NCBI GenBank assembly: GCA_035552215.1
Contig: DASZLV010000166.1
Location: 11,306-75,305 of the forward strand
Source of the DNA: Solirubrobacteraceae bacterium
Lineage (GTDB): Bacteria > Actinomycetota > Thermoleophilia > Solirubrobacterales > Solirubrobacteraceae
Direction: 5' to 3'
Length of the DNA stretch: 64,000 bases
Shown here: in pieces, positions 1 through 9,310 of the stretch
How the letters are laid out: the number at the start of each line of letters is the position of its first letter
How positions within the stretch are numbered: position 1 is the stretch's first letter
Notes under the pieces: model-generated
Database searches by the model: none
What the model was told of the DNA's origin: nothing
Seen by the model: the letters and a program-made list of their open reading frames with translations, nothing else
Program-made: the position numbers and the translations under genes

Positions 1-1
1 C

Positions 2-136
2 TTTGGGACCGTGACCTGGGTCTACCGCTGGTACCGGCCGGGCGGTACGTCGACTTCGGTCGATCTACCCGAGCTCTGTGCCCAGTTCGTTCTCAGCGGA
101 ATCACGGGACCAGCGAAGCGCGCGGGGCCAGTATAA
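2..136 (+). CDS. TetR family regulator, C-terminal fragment (5' end outside window); paralogue of the TetR at 11200..11910
   Basis: Manual translation of frame 2 gives FGTVTWVYRWYRPGGTSTSVDLPELCAQFVLSGITGPAKRAGPV*. This aligns with FATIIWTYRWYKPRGG...VCAKYAIGGITG of the complete TetR. Not in the ORF track. Confidence 0.85.
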   Translation, partial: FGTVTWVYRWYRPGGTSTSVDLPELCAQFVLSGITGPAKRAGPV

Positions 137-139
137 TCG

Positions 140-153
140 ACCAAGCGTTTGGT
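140..153. promoter_or_regulatory. TetR operator palindrome ACCAAGCGTTTGGT upstream of thiolase-phaC-phaZ
   Basis: Near-perfect palindrome just downstream of a TATAAT (132..137). Confidence 0.85.
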
Positions 154-194
154 ATATCTGTCGTCCCGGTGATCGGAGCCTGAAGATGAACCGT

Positions 195-1358
195 ATGAGT
201 GGTCGTGAAGTCGTCATCCTCGAGGCCGTCCGCACGCCGATCGGGCGCGGCCATCCCGAGAAGGGCTACTACCAGGCGATGCACCCCAACGTCCTCTTGG
301 GCAAGTGCTACCAGGAGGTGATCCGGCGGGCGGGCATCGAGCCCTCGCTGGTCGACGACGTCGTCGCCGGCTGTGTCCAGCAGATCGGCGAGCAGTCATT
401 CAATATCGCCCGAACCGCGTGGCTCGAGAGCGGGCTCCCGATCGAGACCCCGGCAACGACGGTTGACCGCCAGTGCGGATCAGCGCAGCAGGGCGTCAAC
501 TTCGGCGCCGCCCAGATCGCTTGCAATGTGCACGACGTCGTCATCGGCGCCGGCGTCGAGCACATGGGCCATCTCCCCCTCTCCGTCGCCAACGAAAGCC
601 AGGAGCGCTACGGCGCGCCCTATACGCCCGAGCTCTTGGCCAAACACGACATCGTCGGCCAGGGTCTCGGCGCGGAAATGATCGCCGACGAGTGGGAGGT
701 CCCGCGCTCCGAGCTCGATGCCTTTGGCCTTCGCTCACATCAGCTGGCGCAGCGAGCGACCGAGGAGGGACGTTTTCAGCGCGAGATCGTCCCCATGCGC
801 CTCAATGGTCATGTCGTCACCACCGATCAGGGAATCCGATCCGACACCACGCTGGAGAAGCTCGCCGGGCTCAAGCCTGCGTTCAAGCCGGATGGCAAGG
901 TCACGGCCGGGAACTCCTCGCAGATCTCAGACGGCGCCGCCGCGGTGCTCCTGGCCTCGGCCGAGAAGGCCCGCGAGCTTGGGCTGACGGGGCGAGCACG
1001 GATCCTTGATCAGACGACCGTGGGCTGCGATCCCGTGAAAATGCTCGAAGGACCGATTCCGGCGACGCGCAAGGTTCTCGCGCGCAACGGAATGTCGATC
1101 GACGACATCGATCTCTTTGAAGTCAACGAGGCGTTCGCCGCTGTAATCGCCGCGTGGCAACGTGAGCTCCACCCGGATATGGAACGGGTCAATGTCAACG
1201 GTGGTGCGATCGCGCTCGGGCACCCCTTAGGGTCCACAGGCGCGCGTCTCATCACCACGCTGCTGCACGAACTCGAGCGCACCGACAAGGAGATCGGGCT
1301 CGTGACCATGTGCTGCGGCGGCGGCCTCGGTACGGCGACGCTGATCCAGCGGATCTGA
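195..1358 (+). CDS. acetyl-CoA C-acyltransferase (thiolase)
   Basis: RTPIG, RQCGS (catalytic Cys), NEAF, GHPLG and MCCGGG motifs. Start trimmed to ATG 195; 186 is also possible. Confidence 0.95.
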   Translation: MSGREVVILEAVRTPIGRGHPEKGYYQAMHPNVLLGKCYQEVIRRAGIEPSLVDDVVAGCVQQIGEQSFNIARTAWLESGLPIETPATTVDRQCGSAQQGVNFGAAQIACNVHDVVIGAGVEHMGHLPLSVANESQERYGAPYTPELLAKHDIVGQGLGAEMIADEWEVPRSELDAFGLRSHQLAQRATEEGRFQREIVPMRLNGHVVTTDQGIRSDTTLEKLAGLKPAFKPDGKVTAGNSSQISDGAAAVLLASAEKARELGLTGRARILDQTTVGCDPVKMLEGPIPATRKVLARNGMSIDDIDLFEVNEAFAAVIAAWQRELHPDMERVNVNGGAIALGHPLGSTGARLITTLLHELERTDKEIGLVTMCCGGGLGTATLIQRI

Positions 1359-1369
1359 CTGGCTTTCCA

Positions 1370-3205
1370 TTGGCCTCTACGCCGACGACCGAGCAGCCGG
1401 TCCCTGCCTCGCCCTGGGGACGAGTCACCTGGGGCGTGGGCCTGGCCGCCGCTGCCGACCCTCGGCTCTCCGACCCCCCTTTCTCGCTTCGATCCGTGCC
1501 CGACGAAGATGCCCCGTGGATCACCGATCAGCCTGGGGTGGCGTTCGACGCCGCACTCATATCGTCGGCCTTCGGAGTCGCCCGGCGTCCGCTCCCGATC
1601 CGGGATGCGATCGCTCTGGGAAAACGGCTGGCGCGTCACCCCGAACGTGCCGCCCTCCCTCTGGTCGGACTGGCCCGCGACGCTCGAAGCATCGTCGCCG
1701 GGCGCTCGCAGCTCGACCCGTCGACCACGGACCGGCGCTACGCGGATCCGGCGTGGCGGACGAACAAGCTCTTCCGCGCCCTCTCCCAGGGTCATCTGTC
1801 AGCCGCGAACCGACTCGAGGAGATCCTCGACGAAGCAGAGCTCGACCCGGCGAGCGACTTCCGGCTTCGAATCGCGCTCCTCAACGTGGCGGCGGCGCTG
1901 GCGCCGGCGAATTTCCCGCTCCTCAACCCGGCCGCGCTGAAGGCGATGATCGACACTGGCGGCGCCAGCATCGTGATCGGAGCGAAACGGTTCGCGAAGG
2001 ACGTGAGCGCACCGCCACGCTTGCCGGCGAGGGCAGACCCAGCCGACTTCGAACTCGGGGTAGGCGTCGCGGCCACTCCTGGAGCAGTCGTCCTGCGCAC
2101 TCCCGTAATGGAGCTGCTCCAGTACTCCGCCACCACGCCGACGGTGCAGCACGAGCCCCTGCTCATCGTGCCTTCGGTCGTCAACAAGTACTACCTGACA
2201 GATCTGTCCCCCGGACGCAGTCTGACCGAGTTCGCGATCGCCGGTGGTTATGAGACGTTCACGATCTCATGGATCAACCCTGACCGCAGCCACCGGCACT
2301 TCGATCTCGACACCTATATCAAGGGGATCCTCGACGCCCTCGAAGCGATCGAACTGATAACCGGGAGCGGGCGCACCCATACGCTGGGCGTATGTGCGGG
2401 CGGCCAGCTGCTGACCATCGCATTGGCCTATCTGGCGGCCGGCGATGAGGATAACCGTGTGGCAAGTGTCAGCTTGCCTGTCTGCGTCATGGACCACTCC
2501 GACCCCGCCTCGCCGACGGGGGTGCTGAGCCCGAGAGCCGTCCGTCTCGCCACCGCCGCAGTGAAGCGGCGAGGACTGGTCGAGGGGCACACTCTGCAAG
2601 GGGCTCTGGCCTGGCTGCGACCGGTCGACAGCATTTGGTGGGCGTGGGTGCATCGCTACCTGTTGGCCGGCGACATGCCCAAGCTCGATCTCTTTCACTG
2701 GGCTGAGGACATCACCAACCTGCCGGCGGGACTCGTCGTGAACCTCCTCGAACTCACGGTCGAGAATGCACTGACCAAGCCCGGGCGGCTCGTCGTGCTC
2801 GGTCGCAGCCTCAGTCTTCACGATGTGACAACAGATGCCTACCTCGTGGCGGGGCTCACGGATCACCTGACGCACTGGCAAAGTTGTTATGGCACGGCGT
2901 CGATGCTCGGCTCGAAATGCCGGTTCGTCCTCGTTCGGGGAGGACACTTGCAGGCGATTCTCAGGCCGCCGGGCGGTCGGGATGCGGGCTTTCTCACGGC
3001 CTCCTCAGGCACGCCCCGCGACCCTGCCGCCTGGCTTGAGCGGGCGACCGAGCACGAGGGGAGCTGGTGGGAGCATTGGCGTCGATGGCTCGACCGACGC
3101 TCGGGTGGCACACGGGCTGCGCCGCGTGAACTAGGCGATGCCCGTCACCCTGCATTGGAACCGGCTCCGGGAACCTACGTCCGCAAGCGTGCCGCCCCAC
3201 TATGA
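1370..3205 (+). CDS. phaC: polyhydroxyalkanoate synthase (class I/II-like)
   Basis: DRRYADPAW, NKYYLTDL, ISWINPD, lipase box GVCAGG (Cys), DH, GGH and GSWWEHW motifs. Start codon uncertain; TTG 1370 chosen. Confidence 0.85.
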   Translation: MASTPTTEQPVPASPWGRVTWGVGLAAAADPRLSDPPFSLRSVPDEDAPWITDQPGVAFDAALISSAFGVARRPLPIRDAIALGKRLARHPERAALPLVGLARDARSIVAGRSQLDPSTTDRRYADPAWRTNKLFRALSQGHLSAANRLEEILDEAELDPASDFRLRIALLNVAAALAPANFPLLNPAALKAMIDTGGASIVIGAKRFAKDVSAPPRLPARADPADFELGVGVAATPGAVVLRTPVMELLQYSATTPTVQHEPLLIVPSVVNKYYLTDLSPGRSLTEFAIAGGYETFTISWINPDRSHRHFDLDTYIKGILDALEAIELITGSGRTHTLGVCAGGQLLTIALAYLAAGDEDNRVASVSLPVCVMDHSDPASPTGVLSPRAVRLATAAVKRRGLVEGHTLQGALAWLRPVDSIWWAWVHRYLLAGDMPKLDLFHWAEDITNLPAGLVVNLLELTVENALTKPGRLVVLGRSLSLHDVTTDAYLVAGLTDHLTHWQSCYGTASMLGSKCRFVLVRGGHLQAILRPPGGRDAGFLTASSGTPRDPAAWLERATEHEGSWWEHWRRWLDRRSGGTRAAPRELGDARHPALEPAPGTYVRKRAAPL

Positions 3206-4209
3206 GACGCGACGCCGGTTCACTCGTCGCCCGAGAGGGCGACCTGACATTGCCGATCCGGGGCCAGAAGCTGTTCGTGCGCGAACAGGGTGAAGGACGG
3301 CCTCTGCTCTTGATAAACGGCCTGGGCGCCAACCTCGAGATGTGGGGGCCCGCCACAGAGCGCCTGTCCAGGGTCGCGCGAACAATCAGCTTCGACGCCC
3401 CCGGAATGGGACGTTCACGGACCTCGTCGGCGATCCTTTCCCATCCCGGCTACGCTCGGATGATCTGCCGGCTACTCGATCGCTTGGGCGTCGAGGAGAC
3501 AGATGTACTCGGTTATTCGTTCGGGGGAACGATTGCTCAACAGCTGGCGCGGACGGCTCCAGAGCGAGTAAGACGCATGGCTCTGGTGGGAACGAGCTGT
3601 GGCTGGGGAAGCGTCCCCCCTGAGGCGCGCGCGCTGGCGTTGATCTCCACACCGCTGCGTTACTACTCGCGGATCTACTTCGAACAGACCAGCTATCTCC
3701 TCGATGGACGCACGGGCGGCGGCGATGGGGCTCGCCTGCGTGCGCAAGCGGACGCCCGATTGCGCCAGCCACCATCCCTGCTCGGCTATACGCAGCAATT
3801 CATCGCCGGCTCGACGTGGTCGAGTCTGCACTGGTTGTCGACCCTGAAGGTGCCCACATTGGTGGTTGCCGGCGAGCGTGACAGGCTGGTACCGCCCGCC
3901 AATGCATTGATGCTGGCTCGGCATCTTCCTCGCAGCCGTGTCCACATCCTCCCGGGTGAGGGTCATCTGCTGCTCTTCGACGAGAAGAGTGCCGGGCTGC
4001 CGCTGCTCGTGGACTTCTTCGGGAGTCCGCGGCTCGAGGACTCTGGATCCTGGTCCACCGGCCTCGAGGTCGATAGCGACGAGGTCGTCGAGGCCTCCGT
4101 CGGGCTATCGCCCGGGGTGCAGCCGCTCAAGGCTTACAGCAGCGCTTATCGTCGCTGGGTGGGACTACGCCCCGTTCGGGGCCTCGCCGCGCGCCTGAAG
4201 CTCCTTTGA
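3202..4209 (+). CDS. phaZ: alpha/beta hydrolase, intracellular PHA depolymerase-like
   Basis: LLLINGLGANLE and GYSFGG motifs like Pseudomonas-type PhaZ; ATGA overlap with phaC. Confidence 0.7.
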   Translation: MRRDAGSLVAREGDLTLPIRGQKLFVREQGEGRPLLLINGLGANLEMWGPATERLSRVARTISFDAPGMGRSRTSSAILSHPGYARMICRLLDRLGVEETDVLGYSFGGTIAQQLARTAPERVRRMALVGTSCGWGSVPPEARALALISTPLRYYSRIYFEQTSYLLDGRTGGGDGARLRAQADARLRQPPSLLGYTQQFIAGSTWSSLHWLSTLKVPTLVVAGERDRLVPPANALMLARHLPRSRVHILPGEGHLLLFDEKSAGLPLLVDFFGSPRLEDSGSWSTGLEVDSDEVVEASVGLSPGVQPLKAYSSAYRRWVGLRPVRGLAARLKLL

Positions 4210-4236
4210 CCCGGGCGCTCGCTCGAGCGGAGCGGA

Positions 4237-5808
4237 TCAGCAGCCAGTCTTGGTCACGCGGGGTGCGCTGCCCCACGCGAAATCGATTCCCGTCTTGATC
4301 ATCTCTCGCGTCTGCCGCGGATCGATGATGTCGTCGAGGATGATGTTGGCCGCGGCCTCCCACGGAGCCGACTCGGCCGCCCACTCCGCTTCGAGCTCGG
4401 CGAGCATCTCGGCGTGGGCCAGTTCGCCCTCCTCGGCGAGGGTGGCTTCGAGTTTGCGGCGGTAGACGGTCCGAACGCCCGTCTCGGGTGCCATGAACCC
4501 CATCTCGGCGTTGGGCCACGCGAGGAGGAGGTCCGGTTTGACAGGCCGGCCGCCGAGAGCGATGTGCCCACCGCCGAAGGCCTTGCGGACGATCGTGGCA
4601 ATCTTGGGGACGGTCGCCCGCGCTAACCGGACAACGACTCTTTCGTAACCGGCGAGGATCCCGCCCTTCTCCGCATCGGTCCCGATCATCAGGCCGGGGA
4701 CGTCCTGGAGGAAGACCATGGGCAGGTTGAAGGTTTCGCAGATATCCGCGAATGCGGCGAGCTTCGTGAGTGCGGGCACGTCGAGCACGCCGGCGCGCTG
4801 CATCGGCTGGCTGGCGAACACCCCGATCGGCTGGCCGTCGATTCTCGCCAGCGAGCAGATCAGGCTCCGTCCGTAGCGCTGGCCCCATTCGAACAGCGAG
4901 TCGCCGTCCACGATCGCCTCGAGAACCTTGTGCATGTCGTACCCCCGGCGGCTTTCGGTCGGCACCAGGGTGAGTAGCTCCTCGGGGTCGCGAGCCGGCT
5001 CGACCGGCGCGACGACGGGAGCGGGAAGCGCTGCGGAGTCGGGCAGGTAACTCAGGAAGCGGCGGACGGCGTCGAGCGCTTCCTCCTCGTCGCTGACGAC
5101 CATGTGAGCGCTGCCGCTCGTCTCATGGGCCACCGCCGGTCCGCCGAGCTCCGACGCGTCGACATCCTCCCCGATCGCGGCCTTGATCACCGGAGGCCCG
5201 GACAACGCGAGCGACGAGTTCTTGAGCATCACCACGAGCGTGCCCATCGCTGCGTGTAGCGCGGCGTCACCGAAACTGTCGCCGAGTACGGCCGTGACCC
5301 GCGGGATGACCGGGTAGCCGGCCGGTGACTGCAGGAAGCTAGAGAAATCGAAGGGCACACCCGAGAAGCGCCATCCGAGTAGGTCGGGCAGGCGGCCGCC
5401 ATCATTGTCGGAAAGGCAGATGAGCGGGAGCCCGCGCCGTCCTGCCCACTCGGCTATCCGATTCTGCTTGCGCATGTTCACGGGCGCCGTCGTGCCCGCG
5501 AGGACGGTCGCATCGATGGCGATAATCGCAACCTTGCGTCCCGCGATACGCGCGAGGCCGGTGATGATCCCGTCGGCGGCGGCCAGCTTTGGTCGACGGA
5601 GCTCCGGTTCGGCAAGGAGCCCGAGCTCGCGCCAGGAACCAGGATCGACGAGACCGTCGATCCGCTCCCTCGCCGTCTGTCGTCCCGAGTCGTGCAGGCG
5701 CTTGACCCGCTCCGGGCCGCCCATCCCCAGCGCGCGGACGCGCCGCTCCTCGAGCTCCTCGTGCGCGTTCTTCGCTGCCGCCGGTTCTGCCGATTCCCTC
5801 AGGGACAT
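4237..5808 (-). CDS. acyl-CoA carboxylase carboxyltransferase (beta) subunit
   Basis: GGPERVKRLH..GRQTARERI, DGIITG, DVPGLMIG, RKAFGGG and DDIIDPRQTR motifs. Confidence 0.92.
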   Translation of the reverse strand: MSLRESAEPAAAKNAHEELEERRVRALGMGGPERVKRLHDSGRQTARERIDGLVDPGSWRELGLLAEPELRRPKLAAADGIITGLARIAGRKVAIIAIDATVLAGTTAPVNMRKQNRIAEWAGRRGLPLICLSDNDGGRLPDLLGWRFSGVPFDFSSFLQSPAGYPVIPRVTAVLGDSFGDAALHAAMGTLVVMLKNSSLALSGPPVIKAAIGEDVDASELGGPAVAHETSGSAHMVVSDEEEALDAVRRFLSYLPDSAALPAPVVAPVEPARDPEELLTLVPTESRRGYDMHKVLEAIVDGDSLFEWGQRYGRSLICSLARIDGQPIGVFASQPMQRAGVLDVPALTKLAAFADICETFNLPMVFLQDVPGLMIGTDAEKGGILAGYERVVVRLARATVPKIATIVRKAFGGGHIALGGRPVKPDLLLAWPNAEMGFMAPETGVRTVYRRKLEATLAEEGELAHAEMLAELEAEWAAESAPWEAAANIILDDIIDPRQTREMIKTGIDFAWGSAPRVTKTGC

Positions 5809-5811
5809 GCC

Positions 5812-6567
5812 TCACCGTCCTCCGAATTGCGGCTCGCGCCGTTCACGAAATGCGCTCACTCCCTCTTGCACGTCGGCCGTTCCCTGCAGGAATGACACGG
5901 CTTCGATCCCGTGGCCATAGCCCTCGTCGGCATGCCGGTTGAGGATCTGCTTGCCGACCGCAAGCGCGAGCGGCGCCCGTTTGGCGACCTTTGCCGCCAC
6001 CTCGGCTGCCACGGCGACGTGTTCCCCTTCGGGCGCGATGATGTTTACGAGACCCGCGAGCTTCGCCTCGTGCACATCGAGCTGCTCGCCCGTGAGCACC
6101 ATGTATTTCATCCAGTGCAGGTTGACGTGAGCACTGCCGCGCACGACACCAAGACCCGGCACCAGGCCTACCTGCGCCTCAGGGGTGCCGAAGCGGGCCG
6201 TCTCGTCGGCGACGACGATGTCGCACACCATCGTCAGCTCACATCCACCGCCGAGCGCGTGACCGTGAACCGCGGCAATCGTCGGCTTGCTGAACGCGTC
6301 GACCGCGCGCAGCGCGTCGAGCGCCTCCTTGACGTACGCGCGCCGGTCGGCGGCGTCGCGGAGCTCACCGAAACCCGCTATGTCACCCCCGACCGAGAAG
6401 CAGCGTCCCGCGCCTCGAAAGACGAGCACGCGCACGGCGGGATCTTCCTGCGCCCGATCCAGCGCTGCCGTGAGTTCGTCCCAGAACGCGCGGGTCATTG
6501 CGTTTAGCTTGTCGGCGCGATCGATCGTCGCCCAGGCGACGGGGCCCTCGACGTGGTAGGTCAGCAT
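5812..6567 (-). CDS. enoyl-CoA hydratase/isomerase
   Basis: FSVGGDI, GHALGGGCEL and PEAQVGL crotonase motifs. Confidence 0.93.
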   Translation of the reverse strand: MLTYHVEGPVAWATIDRADKLNAMTRAFWDELTAALDRAQEDPAVRVLVFRGAGRCFSVGGDIAGFGELRDAADRRAYVKEALDALRAVDAFSKPTIAAVHGHALGGGCELTMVCDIVVADETARFGTPEAQVGLVPGLGVVRGSAHVNLHWMKYMVLTGEQLDVHEAKLAGLVNIIAPEGEHVAVAAEVAAKVAKRAPLALAVGKQILNRHADEGYGHGIEAVSFLQGTADVQEGVSAFRERREPQFGGR

Positions 6568-6598
6568 GGCAACATGTTAGTGCTTTGCCAACTAAACC

Positions 6599-6612
6599 AC
6601 CGACCGATTGGT
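6599..6612. promoter_or_regulatory. TetR operator ACCGACCGATTGGT upstream of crotonase-carboxyltransferase
   Basis: Motif match in a 68-bp intergenic gap. Confidence 0.75.
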
Positions 6613-6635
6613 TGATTGATGCGCGCCGTCGAGTG

Positions 6636-7109
6636 TCACGTCGCTGACTCCCATTTCCCCTCCACGGCGCGATAGGGGCGGGCGACCTCGACAAGCGTCC
6701 CGTGCGTCGCGGCCGGTGGCACCCAGCTCCACTCCTGCCAGGGCATCGCCGGATCACGAAACGTCTCGTCGCTCTTGAGCTTTACACCCTCCTCCTGAAG
6801 GCGTGCCATGGTGCCCGGCACATCGGAGGTCGTGAAGCAGATGTGGTGAACGTGCTCACCGTGCTTGGCCAGGCGGCGGCCGAGCGGGGTGTCCGCCCCG
6901 GGCTCCATGAGCTGGATCTCGGGTCCCGAGTGGGAGACGAAAGTGGCCCACCGCATGCTGTCCTCGGCCGCCTCAAAGTCGTCATAGCGAACGATCGGCT
7001 CCTCGAGCTGCTCGGGGTCGAGTACGCGAAGAATCTTGGTCCAATCTTCGATCGCGCGGTCGAGATCCTCGACGACGAGACAGATGTGGGCGACGGCGTT
7101 GCTGGGCAT
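6636..7109 (-). CDS. VOC family protein, methylmalonyl-CoA epimerase-like
   Basis: HICLVV, IQLMEP, HHICF and LVEVA provide the H/Q/H/E metal-ligand pattern. Confidence 0.8.
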   Translation of the reverse strand: MPSNAVAHICLVVEDLDRAIEDWTKILRVLDPEQLEEPIVRYDDFEAAEDSMRWATFVSHSGPEIQLMEPGADTPLGRRLAKHGEHVHHICFTTSDVPGTMARLQEEGVKLKSDETFRDPAMPWQEWSWVPPAATHGTLVEVARPYRAVEGKWESAT

Positions 7110-7133
7110 GGTTCTCCTATCCGGTTCTGGTGC

Positions 7134-8276
7134 TCAGATCCCGAGGGCGCGGCCGACGATCTCCTTCATGATCTCGTTCGTGCCACCGTAGATGCGCTGA
7201 ACGCGTCCGTCTCGCCACAGGCGTGAGATCGCGTATTCGTCCATGTATCCGTAACCACCGTGAAGTTGCAGGCAGCGGTCGAGGACCTCGAACTGCAGCT
7301 CGGTGGTCAAGGCCTTAATCCCCGCCGCCTCGGCATCGGTGAGCTGGTTCGCGTTGAGGGCCTCGATGCAGCGGTCAACGTAGACGCGAGCGGCGCAGAT
7401 CTTCGTGCTCAGCTCCGCGAGCACGAAGCGATTCGCCTGAAAGCTCCCGATCGTCTGCCCGAACGCCCGCCGCTCACGCACATATTCGAGCGTCAGCTCG
7501 AGAGCGTGCTCGGCTGCGGCGACGGCCGAGACCGCGATCGACAGCCGTTCACGCGGGAGGTTTCGCATCAGGTATGCGAAGCCCTGCCCTTCCTCCCCCA
7601 GACGATTCTCCACCGGGACGACGACATCGTTGAAGAAGAGCTCAGCGGTGTCCTGGGCGCGGCGACCGATCTTCTCGAGCTTACGTCCCTTGTCGAAGCC
7701 GGGAGTGCCGGCTTCGACGACCAGGAGGCTGAAGCGGTCACGGGCCGAACCGTTCGATGTCCGGGCCGCGACGATTACCAGCTCCGCCTGGATCCCGCTG
7801 GTCACGAACGTTTTCGAGCCGTTGAGGACGTAATGGTCCCCGTCGCGGGCGGCGGTGGCGCTCATTGCCTTGAGGTCAGACCCGGCGCCGGGCTCCGTCA
7901 TCGCGATCGCGACCACCAGGTCGCCCGCGGTGAAGCCCGGGAGCCATCGCCCTTTCTGCTCGCGATTGGTCAGATCGATCAGGTAGGGCGCGATGATGTC
8001 GTTCTCGATGGCGAAGTTGTCGCTCACGACGCCGGCGTACTCGACCTCCTCGTCGAGGATCGCGTTGAAGCGGAAGTCATCGAGGTCGAGCCCGCCGAAC
8101 TCCTGCGGGGCCTCGAAGCCGACGAATCCCGTCGCCGCGGCCGCGAGCCAGAAGCTGCGGTCGACGATGCCGTTCTCCTCCCACTCTTCGCGGTGGGGAA
8201 CGGCGGCACGGCGCAGGAACGTCCGTACGGACTCGCGAAACACGATGTGGTCGTCTTCGAAGATGGTGCGCCGCAT
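7134..8276 (-). CDS. acyl-CoA dehydrogenase
   Basis: AMTEPGAGSD, LNGSKTFVT, QLHGGYGY and IYGGTNEI motifs; start trimmed to MRRTIFEDDH. Confidence 0.95.
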   Translation of the reverse strand: MRRTIFEDDHIVFRESVRTFLRRAAVPHREEWEENGIVDRSFWLAAAATGFVGFEAPQEFGGLDLDDFRFNAILDEEVEYAGVVSDNFAIENDIIAPYLIDLTNREQKGRWLPGFTAGDLVVAIAMTEPGAGSDLKAMSATAARDGDHYVLNGSKTFVTSGIQAELVIVAARTSNGSARDRFSLLVVEAGTPGFDKGRKLEKIGRRAQDTAELFFNDVVVPVENRLGEEGQGFAYLMRNLPRERLSIAVSAVAAAEHALELTLEYVRERRAFGQTIGSFQANRFVLAELSTKICAARVYVDRCIEALNANQLTDAEAAGIKALTTELQFEVLDRCLQLHGGYGYMDEYAISRLWRDGRVQRIYGGTNEIMKEIVGRALGI

Positions 8277-8442
8277 GACGCCTATCGTGGGCCGGGACCC
8301 GAGGCCCCCCCTGTCACCACCCCTGCGGATTGTTCGACCTGCATTCACGTGCCTCCTTACTCCCGGGTCATCGATCGAAGCGATCGAATTGCCGGCCGGG
8401 CGTCCATGCCTAGGATCGTGCTCGATTTCCGTCGGATTGTCA

Positions 8443-8456
8443 ACCTATCGTTTGGT
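8443..8456. promoter_or_regulatory. TetR operator ACCTATCGTTTGGT in the divergent ACAD/SDR promoter
   Basis: Extended palindrome CAACCTATCGTTTGGTTG. Confidence 0.8.
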
Positions 8457-8526
8457 TGCTGAGGTACTATATCGCCGCCCGGCGGTGCCGCACCGGCTCT
8501 AGCGGGCACGGGCTGAAGGAGGAACC

Positions 8527-9303
8527 ATGCAACTCAAAGGCCGCGTCGCCCTCGTGACCGGTGGTAGCCGGGGAATCGGACGCGGGATCGCAGCGACTCT
8601 GGCGGCCGAGGGGGCTGCGGTAGCCCTCAGCTACCGTCGTGACCAGGAAGCAGCCAATGCCGCGGTCGACGAGATCCGTACCTCTGGGGGCGTCGCCGCC
8701 GCCTACGAGGCTTCGGTTGACGTGACCTCGGACATCGATCGTATGGTCACCGAGGCTCGTGAGACCTTCGGGCCGATCGACATTCTCGTATCCAACGCAG
8801 GCATCGCCAGTCGTGGCCGCTCCGTCATGGACACCGATCCCGAGGAGCTGGTGCGGCTGATCGCCACGCACGCGCTGGCCGCTCATCGCCTCGCGCAACT
8901 CGTGGTGCCCGACATGCGGGCAAAGGGGCGCGGTGATGTCGTCGTCATCTCGAGCAGCGAGGTCAGCCATATGCGCGCAAACGGAGCGCCCTACAACATG
9001 GCCAAGGCCGCGGCCGAGGCGCTCGCCTTTACGCTCGCCCACGAGGAGAGCCGCCATGGGATCCGCGTGAACGTCGTCGCGCCTGGGCTCGTCGCGACCG
9101 ATATGGGCGATCGCCTCGTGCGCGCGAAACTCGGGCGCACGAGCGCGGCTGAACTCGACGCTCAGCAGCCTTTCGGGCGTGTGACGCGGCCCCAGGACGT
9201 CGCCGCGGTCGTCGCTTTCCTCGTCTCCGGCGCCGGATCGATGGTGACGGGTCAGCGGATCGTCGTCGACGGCGGCGCCGACGTTTCCCCCACCGGCGGA
9301 TAG
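8527..9303 (+). CDS. SDR family oxidoreductase
   Basis: TGGSRGIG, SNAG and YNMAK motifs; AGGAGG RBS. Confidence 0.93.
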   Translation: MQLKGRVALVTGGSRGIGRGIAATLAAEGAAVALSYRRDQEAANAAVDEIRTSGGVAAAYEASVDVTSDIDRMVTEARETFGPIDILVSNAGIASRGRSVMDTDPEELVRLIATHALAAHRLAQLVVPDMRAKGRGDVVVISSSEVSHMRANGAPYNMAKAAAEALAFTLAHEESRHGIRVNVVAPGLVATDMGDRLVRAKLGRTSAAELDAQQPFGRVTRPQDVAAVVAFLVSGAGSMVTGQRIVVDGGADVSPTGG

Positions 9304-9310
9304 CCGTCCT

